A DNA stretch of 64,000 nucleotides from Burkholderiales bacterium (GCA_035542795.1 DATKKT010000022.1:3679-67678), one strand, 5' to 3'; shown: positions 17,979 to 29,762, counted from the stretch's first letter. The notes: generated by a model from the letters alone, not told the origin. Made by a program: numbers and translations.

Positions 17979-18831
17979 CCGCGGCGCGCGCGCGCGGGAT
18001 GCGCGCAGCGTCCCAGTGCCGCAGCGCCCAATCGAGCGACTCGCGCGGCGTCAGGTCGCCGGGCACGCCCTGGCCGAGAAAGCGCAACGCGCGCCCAAGG
18101 TCGCCCGGGCCCGCGGCGCCGGCGCCCGTTTGCTTGGAGAGCTTTTCGCCGTCGGCGTTGGTCGCCACCGGCACGTGCAGGTAGCGCGGCATCGCCGCGC
18201 CGAGCAGCCGCTGCAGGTGGATCTGCCGCGCCGTGGAATCGAGCAGATCGGCGCCGCGCACCACGTCGGTGATGCCCTGCGCATCGTCGTCCACGACCAC
18301 AGCGAGCTGATAGGCGATCACGCCGTCCGCGCGCCGGAGCACGAAATCGCCGACTTCGCTTTCGATCCGCTGCGCGATCTCGCCCTGCACGCGGTCGGTG
18401 AAGCGGATTTCCTCGTTCGTCGTGCGCACGCGCAGGGCGCGAGCCGCCCTGCCGGGGGCGAGGCCGGCGCGGCAGGTGCCGGGATAGATGCGCGAGCCGT
18501 CGATGGCGAGCGCCGAGTCCTCGAGCTCCTTGCGCGTGCAGGCACAGGCATAGGTATGCGCCTCAATTCTTTGAATCGATCTTTCATAGAGTTCAACCCG
18601 GTCACTCTGATGGACGATCGATCCGTCCCAGCGCAAGCCGAAGTCTTCGAGCTGCCGCAGGATCTCGTCCTCGGCGCCCGTCATGACCCTGGGCCGGTCT
18701 AGGTCTTCCACGCGCAGCAGCCAGCGGCCGCCGTGGTGGCGGGCGTCCAGCCAGCTCGCGAGCGCGGCCACGAGCGAGCCGAAGTGCAGCGGGCCGGTGG
18801 GCGAGGGCGCGAAACGGCCTACGTAATGCAT
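17968..18831 (-). CDS. gluQ: tRNA glutamyl-Q(34) synthetase GluQRS
   Basis: GRFAPSPTGPLHFGS (HIGH-like), a truncated GluRS catalytic domain, and KLSKQ. ATG at codon 23 of the listed ORF. Confidence 0.85.
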   Translation of the reverse strand: MHYVGRFAPSPTGPLHFGSLVAALASWLDARHHGGRWLLRVEDLDRPRVMTGAEDEILRQLEDFGLRWDGSIVHQSDRVELYERSIQRIEAHTYACACTRKELEDSALAIDGSRIYPGTCRAGLAPGRAARALRVRTTNEEIRFTDRVQGEIAQRIESEVGDFVLRRADGVIAYQLAVVVDDDAQGITDVVRGADLLDSTARQIHLQRLLGAAMPRYLHVPVATNADGEKLSKQTGAGAAGPGDLGRALRFLGQGVPGDLTPRESLDWALRHWDAARIPRARAAATF

Positions 18832-18896
18832 GCGCGGTTGAAGACCGGGATTGCGGCCCAATATACACTGCCACTTTCCCGAGCGAGGACGCGGCA

Positions 18897-19268
18897 ATGG
18901 CTACGGTCGAGCTGACCAAGGACAATTTCGAGCAGACGGTGAACGGCAACCCGATCGTCATCGTGGACTTCTGGGCGCCCTGGTGCGGCCCCTGCCGCGG
19001 CTTCGCGCCGGTGTTCGAAAAGGCCTCCGACACGCACCCGGACGTGGTGTTCGGCAAGATCAACTCCGACGAGCAGCAGGAGCTCGCCGCGGCGTTCAAC
19101 ATCCGCTCGATCCCTACGCTGATGGTGTTCCGCGAGAAGGTCCTCTTGTTCCAGCAGGCGGGCGCGCTGCCCGGCCAGGCGCTCGAGCAGGTGCTCACGC
19201 AGGCCAAGACGCTCGACATGACGAAGGTTCACGCCGAGATCGCTGCGCAGCAGCAGGCGAGCCAGTAG
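18897..19268 (+). CDS. Thioredoxin
   Basis: FWAPWCGPC active site and IRSIPTLMVF. 123 aa with a short C-terminal extension. Confidence 0.85.
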   Translation: MATVELTKDNFEQTVNGNPIVIVDFWAPWCGPCRGFAPVFEKASDTHPDVVFGKINSDEQQELAAAFNIRSIPTLMVFREKVLLFQQAGALPGQALEQVLTQAKTLDMTKVHAEIAAQQQASQ

Positions 19269-19278
19269 GGCGCGCGCG

Positions 19279-19977
19279 ATGATCGAACTGCGGCGCGCGG
19301 CCGAGCGCGGCCACGCCGGGCACGGCTGGCTCGACTCCTGGCATTCGTTCTCGTTCGCCGACTACCACGATCCGGCGCACATGGGCTTCGGCCCGCTGCG
19401 CGTGATCAACGAGGACCGCATCCAGCCGGGCACCGGCTTCGGCACGCACGGCCACCGCGACATGGAGATCATCAGCTACGTGCTCGCGGGCGCGCTCGGG
19501 CACAAGGACTCGATGGGCAACGGCTCCTCGATCGTGCCGGGCGACGTGCAGCGCATGAGCGCCGGAAGCGGCGTGATGCACAGCGAGATGAACCACGACC
19601 GCGCGGGCGTCACGCATTTCCTGCAGATCTGGATCGAGCCCAGCGTGCGCGGCATCGCGCCGGGCTACGAGCAGAAGCACTTCGACGCCGCCTCGAAGCG
19701 CGGCCGGCTGCGCCTCGTGGCCTCGCGCGACGGCGCCGAGGGCTCGGTGACGATCCACCAGGATGCGCGCCTTTACGCGGGCCTGTTCGACGGCGCCGAG
19801 CGCGCGGCGCTGCCGCTCGCGCCCGGGCGCCGCGCGTACCTGCACCTCGTGCGCGGCAAGCTCACGGTGAACGGCACGCCGCTCGGCGCGGGCGACGCGC
19901 TCAAGATGACGGGCGTATCTGAGGTGACGCTGGAGAAGGGCGAGGGCGCCGAGGCGCTGCTGTTCGACTTGCCCTGA
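19279..19977 (+). CDS. Pirin family protein
   Basis: GFGTHGHRDMEIISYVLAG and SAGSGVMHSE cupin metal-binding motifs. Confidence 0.9.
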   Translation: MIELRRAAERGHAGHGWLDSWHSFSFADYHDPAHMGFGPLRVINEDRIQPGTGFGTHGHRDMEIISYVLAGALGHKDSMGNGSSIVPGDVQRMSAGSGVMHSEMNHDRAGVTHFLQIWIEPSVRGIAPGYEQKHFDAASKRGRLRLVASRDGAEGSVTIHQDARLYAGLFDGAERAALPLAPGRRAYLHLVRGKLTVNGTPLGAGDALKMTGVSEVTLEKGEGAEALLFDLP

Positions 19978-19981
19978 TGCG

Positions 19982-21406
19982 ATGAGCGCCGGGCGCTCGA
20001 GCGCGCTGGTCTGGTTCCGGCGCGACCTGCGCGATCTCGACCATGCCGCGCTGTACGCCGCGCTCAGCGCGCACGATGCGGTGCACTGCGCGTTCGTCTT
20101 CGACCGCGAGATCCTCGATCCGCTGCCGAGGCGCGACCGGCGCGTGGAGTTCGTCCGCGAGTCGGTGCGCGAGCTCAAGGAGTCGCTCGAAGCGCGCGAC
20201 GGCGGGCTGCACGTCCTGCGCGGACGCGCGCGCGAGGAAATCCCGCGCCTCGCGCGCAAGCTCGGCGTTGATGCGGTATACGCCAATCGCGACTACGAGC
20301 CGCTGGCGCTCGAGCGCGACCGCGCCGTGGAACGCGCGCTCTACGAGGCGGGCGTCGCGTTCCGCACGCGCAAGGACCAGGTGATCTTCGAGCTGGACGA
20401 GCTGCGCACCGGCGCCGGCGCGCCGTACTCGGTTTTCACGCCTTACAAGAACGCCTGGCTGAAGAAGCTCGAGCCGTTCCATGTCGAGCCTTACCCGGTC
20501 GAAAAGCACGCACAGCGTCTCGCCCGGTCGCGCGGGCCGATGCCCTCGCTCGCCGAGCTCGGTTTCGAGCGCTCCGACCTCGCCACGCTGCCGGTGCCCA
20601 CCGGCATGAGCGGCGGCCGAAAGCTGTTCGCCGATTTCAAGCGCCGCATCGCGGGCTACGCCGAGCGCCGCGACTTTCCCGCGCTCAAGGGGCCGTCCCA
20701 TCTCTCGGTGCACCTGCGCTTCGGCACGGTTTCGATCCGCGAGCTCGCCCGCTATGCGTGGCGACACGCCGGTGCGGGCGCGGCAACCTGGCTCTCTGAG
20801 CTCGTCTGGCGCGACTTCTACTTCATGGTGCTCGCCGCGCGCCCGGACGTGGTCGAGCGTTGCTTCCGGCGCGAGTACGACGCGCTGCGCTTCGACGAAA
20901 GCGAGGCCGGCTGGCGCGCCTGGCGCGCGGGCGATACGGGCTATCCGCTCGTAGACGCGGCGATGCGCCAGCTGAACCAGACCGGCTACATGCACAACCG
21001 GCTGCGCATGGTGACCGCGTCGTTCCTCGTCAAGGACCTCGGCATCGACTGGCGGCGCGGCGAGCGCTACTTCGCCGAGAAGCTGAACGACTACGACCTC
21101 GCGGCCAACAACGGCGGCTGGCAGTGGGCCGCCTCCACGGGCTGCGACGCGCAGCCGTATTTCCGCATCTTCAATCCCGTGGCGCAGTCCGAGCGCTTCG
21201 ACCCGGAGGGTCGCTTTATCCGCAAGTACGTGCCGGAGCTCGCGCGCGTGCCGGCGAGCGCGATCCACGCGCCCTGGGAGATGGACCCCGATCAGCAGGC
21301 GGCGGCGAGGTGCCGCATCGGCCGCGACTATCCGGCGCCGATCTTGCGCCACGACGAGGCGCGCCGGCGCACGCTCGAGCGCTATGCAGCCGCGCGGCCG
21401 CGATAA
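19982..21406 (+). CDS. phrB: Deoxyribodipyrimidine photolyase / cryptochrome family protein
   Basis: LVWFRRDLRDLDH N-terminus. C-terminal FAD-binding motifs TGYPLVDAAMRQL and NNGGWQW. Confidence 0.85.
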   Translation: MSAGRSSALVWFRRDLRDLDHAALYAALSAHDAVHCAFVFDREILDPLPRRDRRVEFVRESVRELKESLEARDGGLHVLRGRAREEIPRLARKLGVDAVYANRDYEPLALERDRAVERALYEAGVAFRTRKDQVIFELDELRTGAGAPYSVFTPYKNAWLKKLEPFHVEPYPVEKHAQRLARSRGPMPSLAELGFERSDLATLPVPTGMSGGRKLFADFKRRIAGYAERRDFPALKGPSHLSVHLRFGTVSIRELARYAWRHAGAGAATWLSELVWRDFYFMVLAARPDVVERCFRREYDALRFDESEAGWRAWRAGDTGYPLVDAAMRQLNQTGYMHNRLRMVTASFLVKDLGIDWRRGERYFAEKLNDYDLAANNGGWQWAASTGCDAQPYFRIFNPVAQSERFDPEGRFIRKYVPELARVPASAIHAPWEMDPDQQAAARCRIGRDYPAPILRHDEARRRTLERYAAARPR

Positions 21407-21439
21407 AATGAGCGCCTCCGTTTTTCCTGGAGCGAGACG

Positions 21440-21916
21440 ATGGCAAAAGCAATGGATACCGGCATTTCCGCGAAGGACCGCAGCGCGATCGCCGGCGGGC
21501 TCTCGCGGCTGCTCGCCGACACCTACGTGCTGTACCTGAAAACGCACAGCTTCCACTGGAACGTCGAGGGGCCGATGTTCCAGACGCTGCACCAGATGTT
21601 CATGGACCAGTACACTGAGGCCTGGAACGCGATCGACCCGATCGCCGAGCGCATCCGCGCGCTCGGCCACTACGCGCCGGGCAGCTACAAGCAGTACGTG
21701 AAGCTCGCCACGGTGAAGGAATCCGAGGGCGTGCCGAAGGCCGAGAAGATGGTCGCCGAGCTGATCGCCGGCCAGGAAGCCGTGGCGCGCACGGCGCGCT
21801 CGGTGCTGCCGCTCGCCGAAGGCGCCAACGACCAGCCTACGCTCGACCTGCTCACGCAGCGCCTGGACATCCACGAGAAGAACGCCTGGATGCTCCGCAG
21901 CCTGCTGAAGAAGTAG
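21440..21916 (+). CDS. dps: Dps (DNA starvation/stationary phase protection protein)
   Basis: [17 protein letters not shown] and ferroxidase-centre residues. 158 aa. Confidence 0.9.
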   Translation: MAKAMDTGISAKDRSAIAGGLSRLLADTYVLYLKTHSFHWNVEGPMFQTLHQMFMDQYTEAWNAIDPIAERIRALGHYAPGSYKQYVKLATVKESEGVPKAEKMVAELIAGQEAVARTARSVLPLAEGANDQPTLDLLTQRLDIHEKNAWMLRSLLKK

Positions 21917-21938
21917 GCGCGCGCCGCTCGCCGCCGCG

Positions 21939-23321
<1,383 letters not shown>

Positions 23322-23324
23322 CGC

Positions 23325-23942
23325 GTGCCGGTCGTCGTCCTCATCTCGGGCCGGGGCAGCAACCTGCAGGCGATCCTCGAAGCGCGCATTCCCGTGCAGG
23401 CGGTCGTCAGCAACGTCGCCGGCGCGGGCGGGCTGGCGGTCGCGGCGCAGCGCGGCATCGCCACGCGCGTCGTTCCGCATCGCGACTTTCCGACGCGCGA
23501 GGCCTTCGAGGCGGTGCTGATGCGCGAGATCGACGCCTTCTCGCCGCGCCTCGTCGTGCACGCGGGCTTCATGCGCATCGTCACGGCCGGTTACGTCGAG
23601 CACTACCGCTGGCGCTCGCTGAACATCCACCCCTCGCTGCTGCCGTCGTTCACGGGCCTGCATACGCACGAGCGCGCGCTCGCCGCGGGCGTGAAGCTGC
23701 ACGGCTGCACGGTGCACTTCGTCACCGAGGAGCTCGACGGCGGCCCGATCGTCCTCCAGGCGGCGGTGCCGGTGCTGGCGAACGACACGGCCGAGTCGCT
23801 GTCCAACCGCGTGCTGCGGCAGGAGCACCTCATCTATCCGCGCGCGATCCGCTGGTTCCTCGAGGACCGGCTCGTCATCGCCAACGGCAAGGTCAGCGTT
23901 AAAGGCAACGATGCGCAATATCTTCTTTCTGATCGCGTTTAG
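23325..23942 (+). CDS. purN: Phosphoribosylglycinamide formyltransferase
   Basis: VLISGRGSNLQAI, NIHPSLLP and HFVTEELDGGPI. GTG start. Confidence 0.9.
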   Translation: MPVVVLISGRGSNLQAILEARIPVQAVVSNVAGAGGLAVAAQRGIATRVVPHRDFPTREAFEAVLMREIDAFSPRLVVHAGFMRIVTAGYVEHYRWRSLNIHPSLLPSFTGLHTHERALAAGVKLHGCTVHFVTEELDGGPIVLQAAVPVLANDTAESLSNRVLRQEHLIYPRAIRWFLEDRLVIANGKVSVKGNDAQYLLSDRV

Positions 23943-24549
23943 CGCCTCGGCGGCGCTCGCCGCGCCGCCGCGGCACGTGGAGATCGTCTACGAGGTCGCG
24001 CGCAGCGGCCTCGCGCTGGCGGAGATCGCGCAGGTCCTGGAGCACGACGGCCGCTCGTACAAGCTGACCGAGCACTGGAAGGGCAAGGGGCTGCTTGCCC
24101 TGAAGGGCGACGCCATGCGCACTAGCGAAGGCGCGATCGCGGCCGACGGCCTGCGGCCGCGCCGGTTCGAGGACAAGCGCACGGGCCGCGATGCGCGCGA
24201 GGTGAAGTTCGACGCCGCGGCGAAGACCCCTACGCTCGAGCAGCAGGACCAGCTCAGCCTCGCCTGGAGCTTCGCGTTCGCGCCGCCGCGCAAGGCGGTG
24301 AGCGTGAGCGTCGCCGACGGCAAGCGCGTCAGCCACTACGGCTACGAGCCCGCGGGCCGGGAGCGCGTGAAGACGCCGGCGGGCGAGTTCGACGCGCTCA
24401 AGTTCGTGAAGAAGCGCGAGCGGCCGCAAGACAAGGTCACCGAGCTCTGGGTCACCGCCGACCGGCAGAACCTGCCGGTGCGCATCCTCGTGGTCGACAA
24501 AGACGGCGCGCAGTACGACCAGGTCGCCACCCGCATCGCCGTGAAATAG
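23911..24549 (+). CDS. DUF3108 domain-containing periplasmic protein
   Basis: Signal peptide MRNIFFLIAFSASAALA. Sits between purN and an RsmB-like gene, as is usual in betaproteobacteria. Overlaps the purN 3' end by 32 nt. Confidence 0.65.
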   Translation: MRNIFFLIAFSASAALAAPPRHVEIVYEVARSGLALAEIAQVLEHDGRSYKLTEHWKGKGLLALKGDAMRTSEGAIAADGLRPRRFEDKRTGRDAREVKFDAAAKTPTLEQQDQLSLAWSFAFAPPRKAVSVSVADGKRVSHYGYEPAGRERVKTPAGEFDALKFVKKRERPQDKVTELWVTADRQNLPVRILVVDKDGAQYDQVATRIAVK

Positions 24550-24556
24550 GGCCGGC

Positions 24557-25786
24557 GTGCGGCCAACCCCCGCCCTGCTCGCGCACGCCGCGGCGGCGCT
24601 CGGCGAGCTGCTCGGGCTCGCGCGGCCCGCCGATCAGGCCCTGTCGGCGTACTTCCGCCGCCACCGCAACCTCGGGCAGCAGGACCGCGCCTTCGTCGCC
24701 GAGACCGCGTTCGCGGTGCTGCGCCGGCGCCGCTCGCTGGAGGCGGCGGCCGGCAGCGCCGCGCCGCGCGACCTCGCGGTGGCGGCGCTGGTGCGCGTGT
24801 TCGGGCTCTCGGCGCGCGCGCTCGGCGAGGATGCCGAGCTCGCGGCGCGCGTGAAGGCGGCCTCGCTCGCGGAGCTCCCGGCCGCGGTGCGGGCGGACCT
24901 GCCCGACTGGCTTTGGGGGCGGCTCGTTGCCGCTTACGGCGAGCAGGAAGCCGCAGCGATTGCGCAGGGGCTGCTCGGGAGCGCGCCGCTCGACTTGCGA
25001 GTCAACCTGGAGAAGATGCCGCGCGAGGAGGCGCTCGCGCAGCTCGGCGCCGACGCCGCGCCGACGCCGCTGTCGCCCGCCGGCATCCGCTTGAAGGGCA
25101 AGCCGGCGATCAACCGTCACGCGCTGTTCCTCGCGGGCGCGCTCGAAGTGCAGGACGAGGGCAGCCAGCTGCTCGCCTATCTCGTCGCACCGCGCCGCGG
25201 CGAGATGGTCGCGGATTTCTGCGCGGGCGCCGGCGGCAAGACGCTCGCGCTCGCGATGCTGATGCACGGCACGGGGCGCGTCTACGCGATGGACGTGTCG
25301 GAAAAGCGCCTGCGCGAGCTCGCGCCGCGCGCCGCGCGCGCGGGCATCTCCAACGTGCACCCGATCGTGCTGTCGGGCGAGGGCGACGTGCGCGCCAGGC
25401 GCCTCGCCGGCAAGCTCGACCGCGTGCTGGTGGACGCGCCCTGCAGCGGCTTCGGCACGCTGCGGCGCAATCCGGATCTGAAATGGCGCCACGCCGAAAC
25501 GGCGATCGCCGAGCTCGCGGCGAAGCAGGCGCGCATCCTCGCCGCGGCGGCGCGGCTCGTGAAGCCCGGCGGGCGCCTCGTGTACGGCACCTGCAGCATC
25601 CTGCCCGAGGAGAACGAGGCGGTCGCCGACGCGTTCGCCACGGCACACCCCGAATTCGCGCCGCTCAGCTGCAGCGCGCTGCTCGCCGCGCAGCGCATCG
25701 CGCTCGACACCGGCGAGCGGCTGCGCCTCTGGCCGCACGTGCACGGCACCGACGGCTTCTTCGCCGCCGCCTTCGAGCGCGCCTGA
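24557..25786 (+). CDS. RsmB/NOP-family class I SAM-dependent RNA m5C methyltransferase
   Basis: DFCAGAGGKT, VLVDAPCSG and YGTCS catalytic-cysteine motifs. GTG start. Confidence 0.8.
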   Translation: MRPTPALLAHAAAALGELLGLARPADQALSAYFRRHRNLGQQDRAFVAETAFAVLRRRRSLEAAAGSAAPRDLAVAALVRVFGLSARALGEDAELAARVKAASLAELPAAVRADLPDWLWGRLVAAYGEQEAAAIAQGLLGSAPLDLRVNLEKMPREEALAQLGADAAPTPLSPAGIRLKGKPAINRHALFLAGALEVQDEGSQLLAYLVAPRRGEMVADFCAGAGGKTLALAMLMHGTGRVYAMDVSEKRLRELAPRAARAGISNVHPIVLSGEGDVRARRLAGKLDRVLVDAPCSGFGTLRRNPDLKWRHAETAIAELAAKQARILAAAARLVKPGGRLVYGTCSILPEENEAVADAFATAHPEFAPLSCSALLAAQRIALDTGERLRLWPHVHGTDGFFAAAFERA

Positions 25787-25824
25787 GTCGAATTTCGGCA
25801 GTCCGCCCTTGCTATATTCGGGCG

Positions 25825-27126
25825 ATGTCGCGCGCGCTCACGGTTGCGGCCGTACTGCTGGCGGCGGCGGGCGCCGCGGGTGCCGACGAGGGCGCGCTCG
25901 AAGTGCACGGGCAGGCGACCTACGCCTATCAGGCCAAGCCGGCCTTGCATTCGCCCTACGAGGGGCAGAACAGCCTGCGCGGCGCTCGGGAGCGCGGCTA
26001 TACCGTCACCGCGACGATGTTTCTCGGCGCGCGCCTGCCGCAGGGCACAGAGCTCTACCTCAACCCGGAAGTGGTCCAGGCCGTTGGGTTCTCGGGCCTG
26101 CACGGGCTGGGGGGCTTCGCCAACGGCGAGTTCCAGCGCGGCTCGGGCCCGGAGCTGAAGCTATACCGCGCGCGGCTGTTCCTCCGGCACGCATGGAATC
26201 TGGGTGGCGACCTCGAGGAGCAGGCCTCGGAGGCGAACCAGGTGCGCACCCGGTACAAGGCCGAGCGCCTGGTGCTCACCCTGGGCAACGTATCGGTGCT
26301 CGACGTATTCGATGCGCTCGACTACAGCCGCGATCCGCGCACGCAGTTCATGAACTGGTCCTCGCTCACCTACGGCGCCTGGGACTATCCGGCGGACGCG
26401 CGCGGCTATACCTGGGGCGCCGCCCTCGAGTACCTATCGCCGGGCTGGCAGCTGCGAGCGGGCCGCTTCCTGGTGCCCGTCGAATCCAACGGCCTGACGC
26501 TGGACCGCCATTTCACGCAGCGCTACGGCGACGTCGCGGAACTCGAGGTTCCTTACCGGCTCGGCGAACACCCGGCGGTCGTTCGGGCGCTGGTCTTTCG
26601 CAATCGGGTCCACGCGGGCGCATTCGGGGATGCGCTCGCGCTCGGCGCTGCGACCGGAGCGACGCCCGACCTGACCCTGGTGCGCAGGAACCAGTCGAAG
26701 TCGGGGATCGGCCTGAGCACTCAGGTCGAGATCACGCCCTCTTTAGGAGCCTACGCGCGCGCGGGATGGAACGACGGCAAGACCGAAACATTCATGTTCA
26801 CGGAGATCGACCGGTCGCTGTCGGGCGGGCTGCTCGCGAAGGGCGACGCCTGGGGACGGCCGCAGGACAGCGCCGGCGCCGCGGTCTACCTGAACGGGCT
26901 CTCGGGCGCGCACCGCAGCTACCTCGCGGCCGGGGGCCTCGGGTTCTTCCTCGGCGACGGGCGGCTGAGCTACGCGAGCGAGCGCATCTTCGAGACGTTC
27001 TACAGCCTCGGCGTCGCGCGCGGCGCCTGGGTCTCGCTCGGCTACCAGCGTATCGCGAACCCCGGCTACAACGCGGATCGCGGTCCGGCGAATTTCGTCG
27101 GCTTCCGCATCCACGGCGAGATTTGA
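25825..27126 (+). CDS. Carbohydrate-selective porin (OprB family)
   Basis: Signal peptide MSRALTVAAVLLAAAGAAGA. Beta-barrel-like alternating pattern ending ...FVGFRIHGEI. The in-frame ATG at 25825 lies inside the artefactual 737-aa ORF. Confidence 0.7.
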   Translation: MSRALTVAAVLLAAAGAAGADEGALEVHGQATYAYQAKPALHSPYEGQNSLRGARERGYTVTATMFLGARLPQGTELYLNPEVVQAVGFSGLHGLGGFANGEFQRGSGPELKLYRARLFLRHAWNLGGDLEEQASEANQVRTRYKAERLVLTLGNVSVLDVFDALDYSRDPRTQFMNWSSLTYGAWDYPADARGYTWGAALEYLSPGWQLRAGRFLVPVESNGLTLDRHFTQRYGDVAELEVPYRLGEHPAVVRALVFRNRVHAGAFGDALALGAATGATPDLTLVRRNQSKSGIGLSTQVEITPSLGAYARAGWNDGKTETFMFTEIDRSLSGGLLAKGDAWGRPQDSAGAAVYLNGLSGAHRSYLAAGGLGFFLGDGRLSYASERIFETFYSLGVARGAWVSLGYQRIANPGYNADRGPANFVGFRIHGEI

Positions 27127-27138
27127 TAGGCTGACCGC

Positions 27139-28440
27139 GTGAGCGAGAGTCAGATCGGCCGGCTGCTGACCGACCTCTGGGCGGACCTGCAGCGCCCGAG
27201 CATCCTCTGGCAGGCAGGCGTGCTCGCGCTGTGCCTCGGCCTCGCCTGGTGGCTCGGCCGGATGCTGCGCTGGCGCGCGCCCGAGGAAAGCGCCGAGGCC
27301 GTGAAGCGCGGCGCGGCGGCCGCTCGCCGCGTCGCGTTTCCGCTGCTGGCGACGCTACTGCTGCTGTCCGGCCGCGCCGCGCTCGCGCGCTGGCACAGCA
27401 CGCATCTGCTCTCGGTCGCGATCCCGTTGTTCGGCGCCCTCGCGGCGGTGCGCTTCGCGGTCTACCTGCTGCGCATCGCCTTCGCGCGCAGCGAGTGGCT
27501 CGACGCCTTCGAGCGCAGCATCGCGACGGTGATCTGGATCGCGCTCGCGCTGCATCTCACCGGCCTGCTGCCCGAAATGGTGCGCTGGCTCTCGGAAATC
27601 GAGTTCAGCGCGGGCAAGGCGAACCTGTCGCTCTGGACGCTGCTGAGCGCCGCCTTCTGGGTGATCCTGACGGTGCTGGTCGCGCTGTGGGCGGGCGCCG
27701 CGGTCGAAGCGCGGCTGATGCGCGCCGAGCGCCTGGACAGCAGCCTGCGCGCGGTGTTCGCGCGCCTCGCCAAGGCGCTGCTGCTGGTGGCCGCGGTGCT
27801 GATCGTGCTGCCGCTCATCGGCGTGGACCTCACCGTGCTGTCGGTGTTCGGCGGCGCGCTCGGCGTCGGGCTGGGGCTCGGCCTGCAGAAGATCGCCTCG
27901 AACTACCTGTCCGGATTCATCATCCTGCTCGACCGCTCGATCCGGCTGGGCGACCTCATCACTGCGGACGGGCAGCACGGGCAGGTCACGCGCATCACGA
28001 CCCGCTACGTCGTGGTGCGCGCGCTCACGGGCGTCGAGGCGATCATCCCGAACGACACGCTGGTCACCACGACGGTGCTGAACCACTCGTACACCGACAA
28101 GCGCGTCCGGCTGGCGGTGCGGGTGCAGGTCGGCTATGAAGCGGACCTGAAGCGGGCGTTCGAGATCATGCTCTCGGCCGCACGCGCGCACCCGCGCGTG
28201 CTGAAGGACCCCGCGCCGAGCGCGCTGCTGCTCGATTTCGGCGACAGCGGCATCAATCTCGAGCTCGGCTTCTGGATCGCCGATCCGGAAGCGGGCAGCC
28301 AGAGCGTGCGCTCCGAACTGAGCGTGGCGCTGCTGGAAGAATTCCGCGCCTCCGGCATTGAAATTCCCTATCCTCGCCGCGACATTATGGTGCTGCGGGG
28401 CAACAGCGCCGCAGGGCAGGGCAATAGTGCAGGAAACTGA
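27139..28440 (+). CDS. Mechanosensitive ion channel (MscS family)
   Basis: N-terminal TM helices, then an MscS core (GLGLQKIASNYLSGFIILLDRSIRLGD) and a beta domain. Confidence 0.8.
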   Translation: MSESQIGRLLTDLWADLQRPSILWQAGVLALCLGLAWWLGRMLRWRAPEESAEAVKRGAAAARRVAFPLLATLLLLSGRAALARWHSTHLLSVAIPLFGALAAVRFAVYLLRIAFARSEWLDAFERSIATVIWIALALHLTGLLPEMVRWLSEIEFSAGKANLSLWTLLSAAFWVILTVLVALWAGAAVEARLMRAERLDSSLRAVFARLAKALLLVAAVLIVLPLIGVDLTVLSVFGGALGVGLGLGLQKIASNYLSGFIILLDRSIRLGDLITADGQHGQVTRITTRYVVVRALTGVEAIIPNDTLVTTTVLNHSYTDKRVRLAVRVQVGYEADLKRAFEIMLSAARAHPRVLKDPAPSALLLDFGDSGINLELGFWIADPEAGSQSVRSELSVALLEEFRASGIEIPYPRRDIMVLRGNSAAGQGNSAGN

Positions 28441-28522
28441 CGCTTCTTCACCTTGCGCGAGAGGGCGGTTCGCGTAGAATGCCCCCCGCCCGTCCGCAAT
28501 TGGCGACATAAAAAGGAAACTG

Positions 28523-29698
28523 ATGCTTTTCAACGGCTTGCTGGATCTTCCGTGGTGGGGTTTGGTGCTCGTGGCCCTGGGCCTGACGCACGTCACCATC
28601 GCGTCGGTGACGATCTACCTGCATCGCAACCAGGCGCACCGCGCCCTCGACCTGCATCCGGCGGTCGCGCACTTCTTCCGCTTCTGGCTGTGGCTGACCA
28701 CCGGCATGGTGACCAAGGAGTGGACCGCGATCCACCGCAAGCACCACGCCAAATGCGAGACCGCCGAGGATCCGCACAGCCCGCAGGTCCATGGCATCAA
28801 CAAGGTGCTCTGGCTGGGTGTGATCCTGTACGTCAAGGAGTCGCACCATCCGGAGACCATGGAGCGCTACGGCCATGGCACGCCGGACGACTGGGTCGAG
28901 CGCAACCTCTATGCGCGCTATTCGGTGCAAGGCCTGTTCCTGATGGGTGCGCTGGACATCGCGCTGTTCGGCCTGCTGCCGGGCGGTCTGATCCTGCTCA
29001 CGCAAATCGTCTGGATCCCGTTCTGGGCCGCCGGCGTCATCAACGGCGTGGGCCACTTCTGGGGCTACCGCAACTGGGACGTGCCGGCGCCGGACGCGAG
29101 CCGCAACATCTCGCCGATCGGCATGCTGATCGGCGGCGAGGAGCTGCACAACAACCATCACGCCTTCCCGGCCTCGGCGAAGTTCTCGCTGAAGTGGTAC
29201 GAGTTCGACCTCGGCTGGCAGTACATCCGCGCGCTCGAGGCGCTCGGCCTCGCCACCGTGAAGAAGGTCGCGCCGACGCCGCGCTTCGCCGCCCCCAAGC
29301 CGGTCTGCGACGAGCAGACTCTGGAAGCGGTGATCGCCAACCGCTACGACGTGCTCGCCCGCTACGCCAAGTCGCTCAGCCACACCTACCACCAGGAGCT
29401 CGAGCGCCTCGGCCGCTGGTCGAAGGAGGCCGAGGCGCTGAAGCCCGCCAAGCGCTACATCGCGCGCCTGCAGCGGCTCAGCGAGACGGAGCGCGCGCGG
29501 CTCGCCGAGGCGCTGAAGAATTCCAAGGCGCTCGCCACGGCGGTCGCCATGCGGCACGAGCTCGCCGAGCTGTGGGCGCGCTCGAGCGCCTCGCGCGTGC
29601 AGCTCGTCGGCCAGCTGCAGGACTGGTGCCATCGCGCGGAGACGAGCGGGGTGGTGCCGCTCGCGGAGTTCAGCCAGCGGCTGCGCCGCTACGCCTGA
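28523..29698 (+). CDS. Membrane acyl-CoA/acyl-lipid (delta-9-type) fatty acid desaturase
   Basis: Histidine boxes HRNQAH, HRKHH and HNNHH, with a C-terminal helical extension. Confidence 0.85.
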   Translation: MLFNGLLDLPWWGLVLVALGLTHVTIASVTIYLHRNQAHRALDLHPAVAHFFRFWLWLTTGMVTKEWTAIHRKHHAKCETAEDPHSPQVHGINKVLWLGVILYVKESHHPETMERYGHGTPDDWVERNLYARYSVQGLFLMGALDIALFGLLPGGLILLTQIVWIPFWAAGVINGVGHFWGYRNWDVPAPDASRNISPIGMLIGGEELHNNHHAFPASAKFSLKWYEFDLGWQYIRALEALGLATVKKVAPTPRFAAPKPVCDEQTLEAVIANRYDVLARYAKSLSHTYHQELERLGRWSKEAEALKPAKRYIARLQRLSETERARLAEALKNSKALATAVAMRHELAELWARSSASRVQLVGQLQDWCHRAETSGVVPLAEFSQRLRRYA

Positions 29699-29715
29699 GC
29701 CGCGGATCCGGCAAT

Positions 29716-29746
29716 AAAAAAGCCCGCTGCAAGCGGGCTTTTTTTT
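29716..29746. terminator. Bidirectional intrinsic terminator
   Basis: AAAAAAGCCCGC-TGCAA-GCGGGCTTTTTTTT, lying between the desaturase stop and the rpmG stop. Confidence 0.75.
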
Positions 29747-29762
29747 CGTTCTGCGAAGGCGC

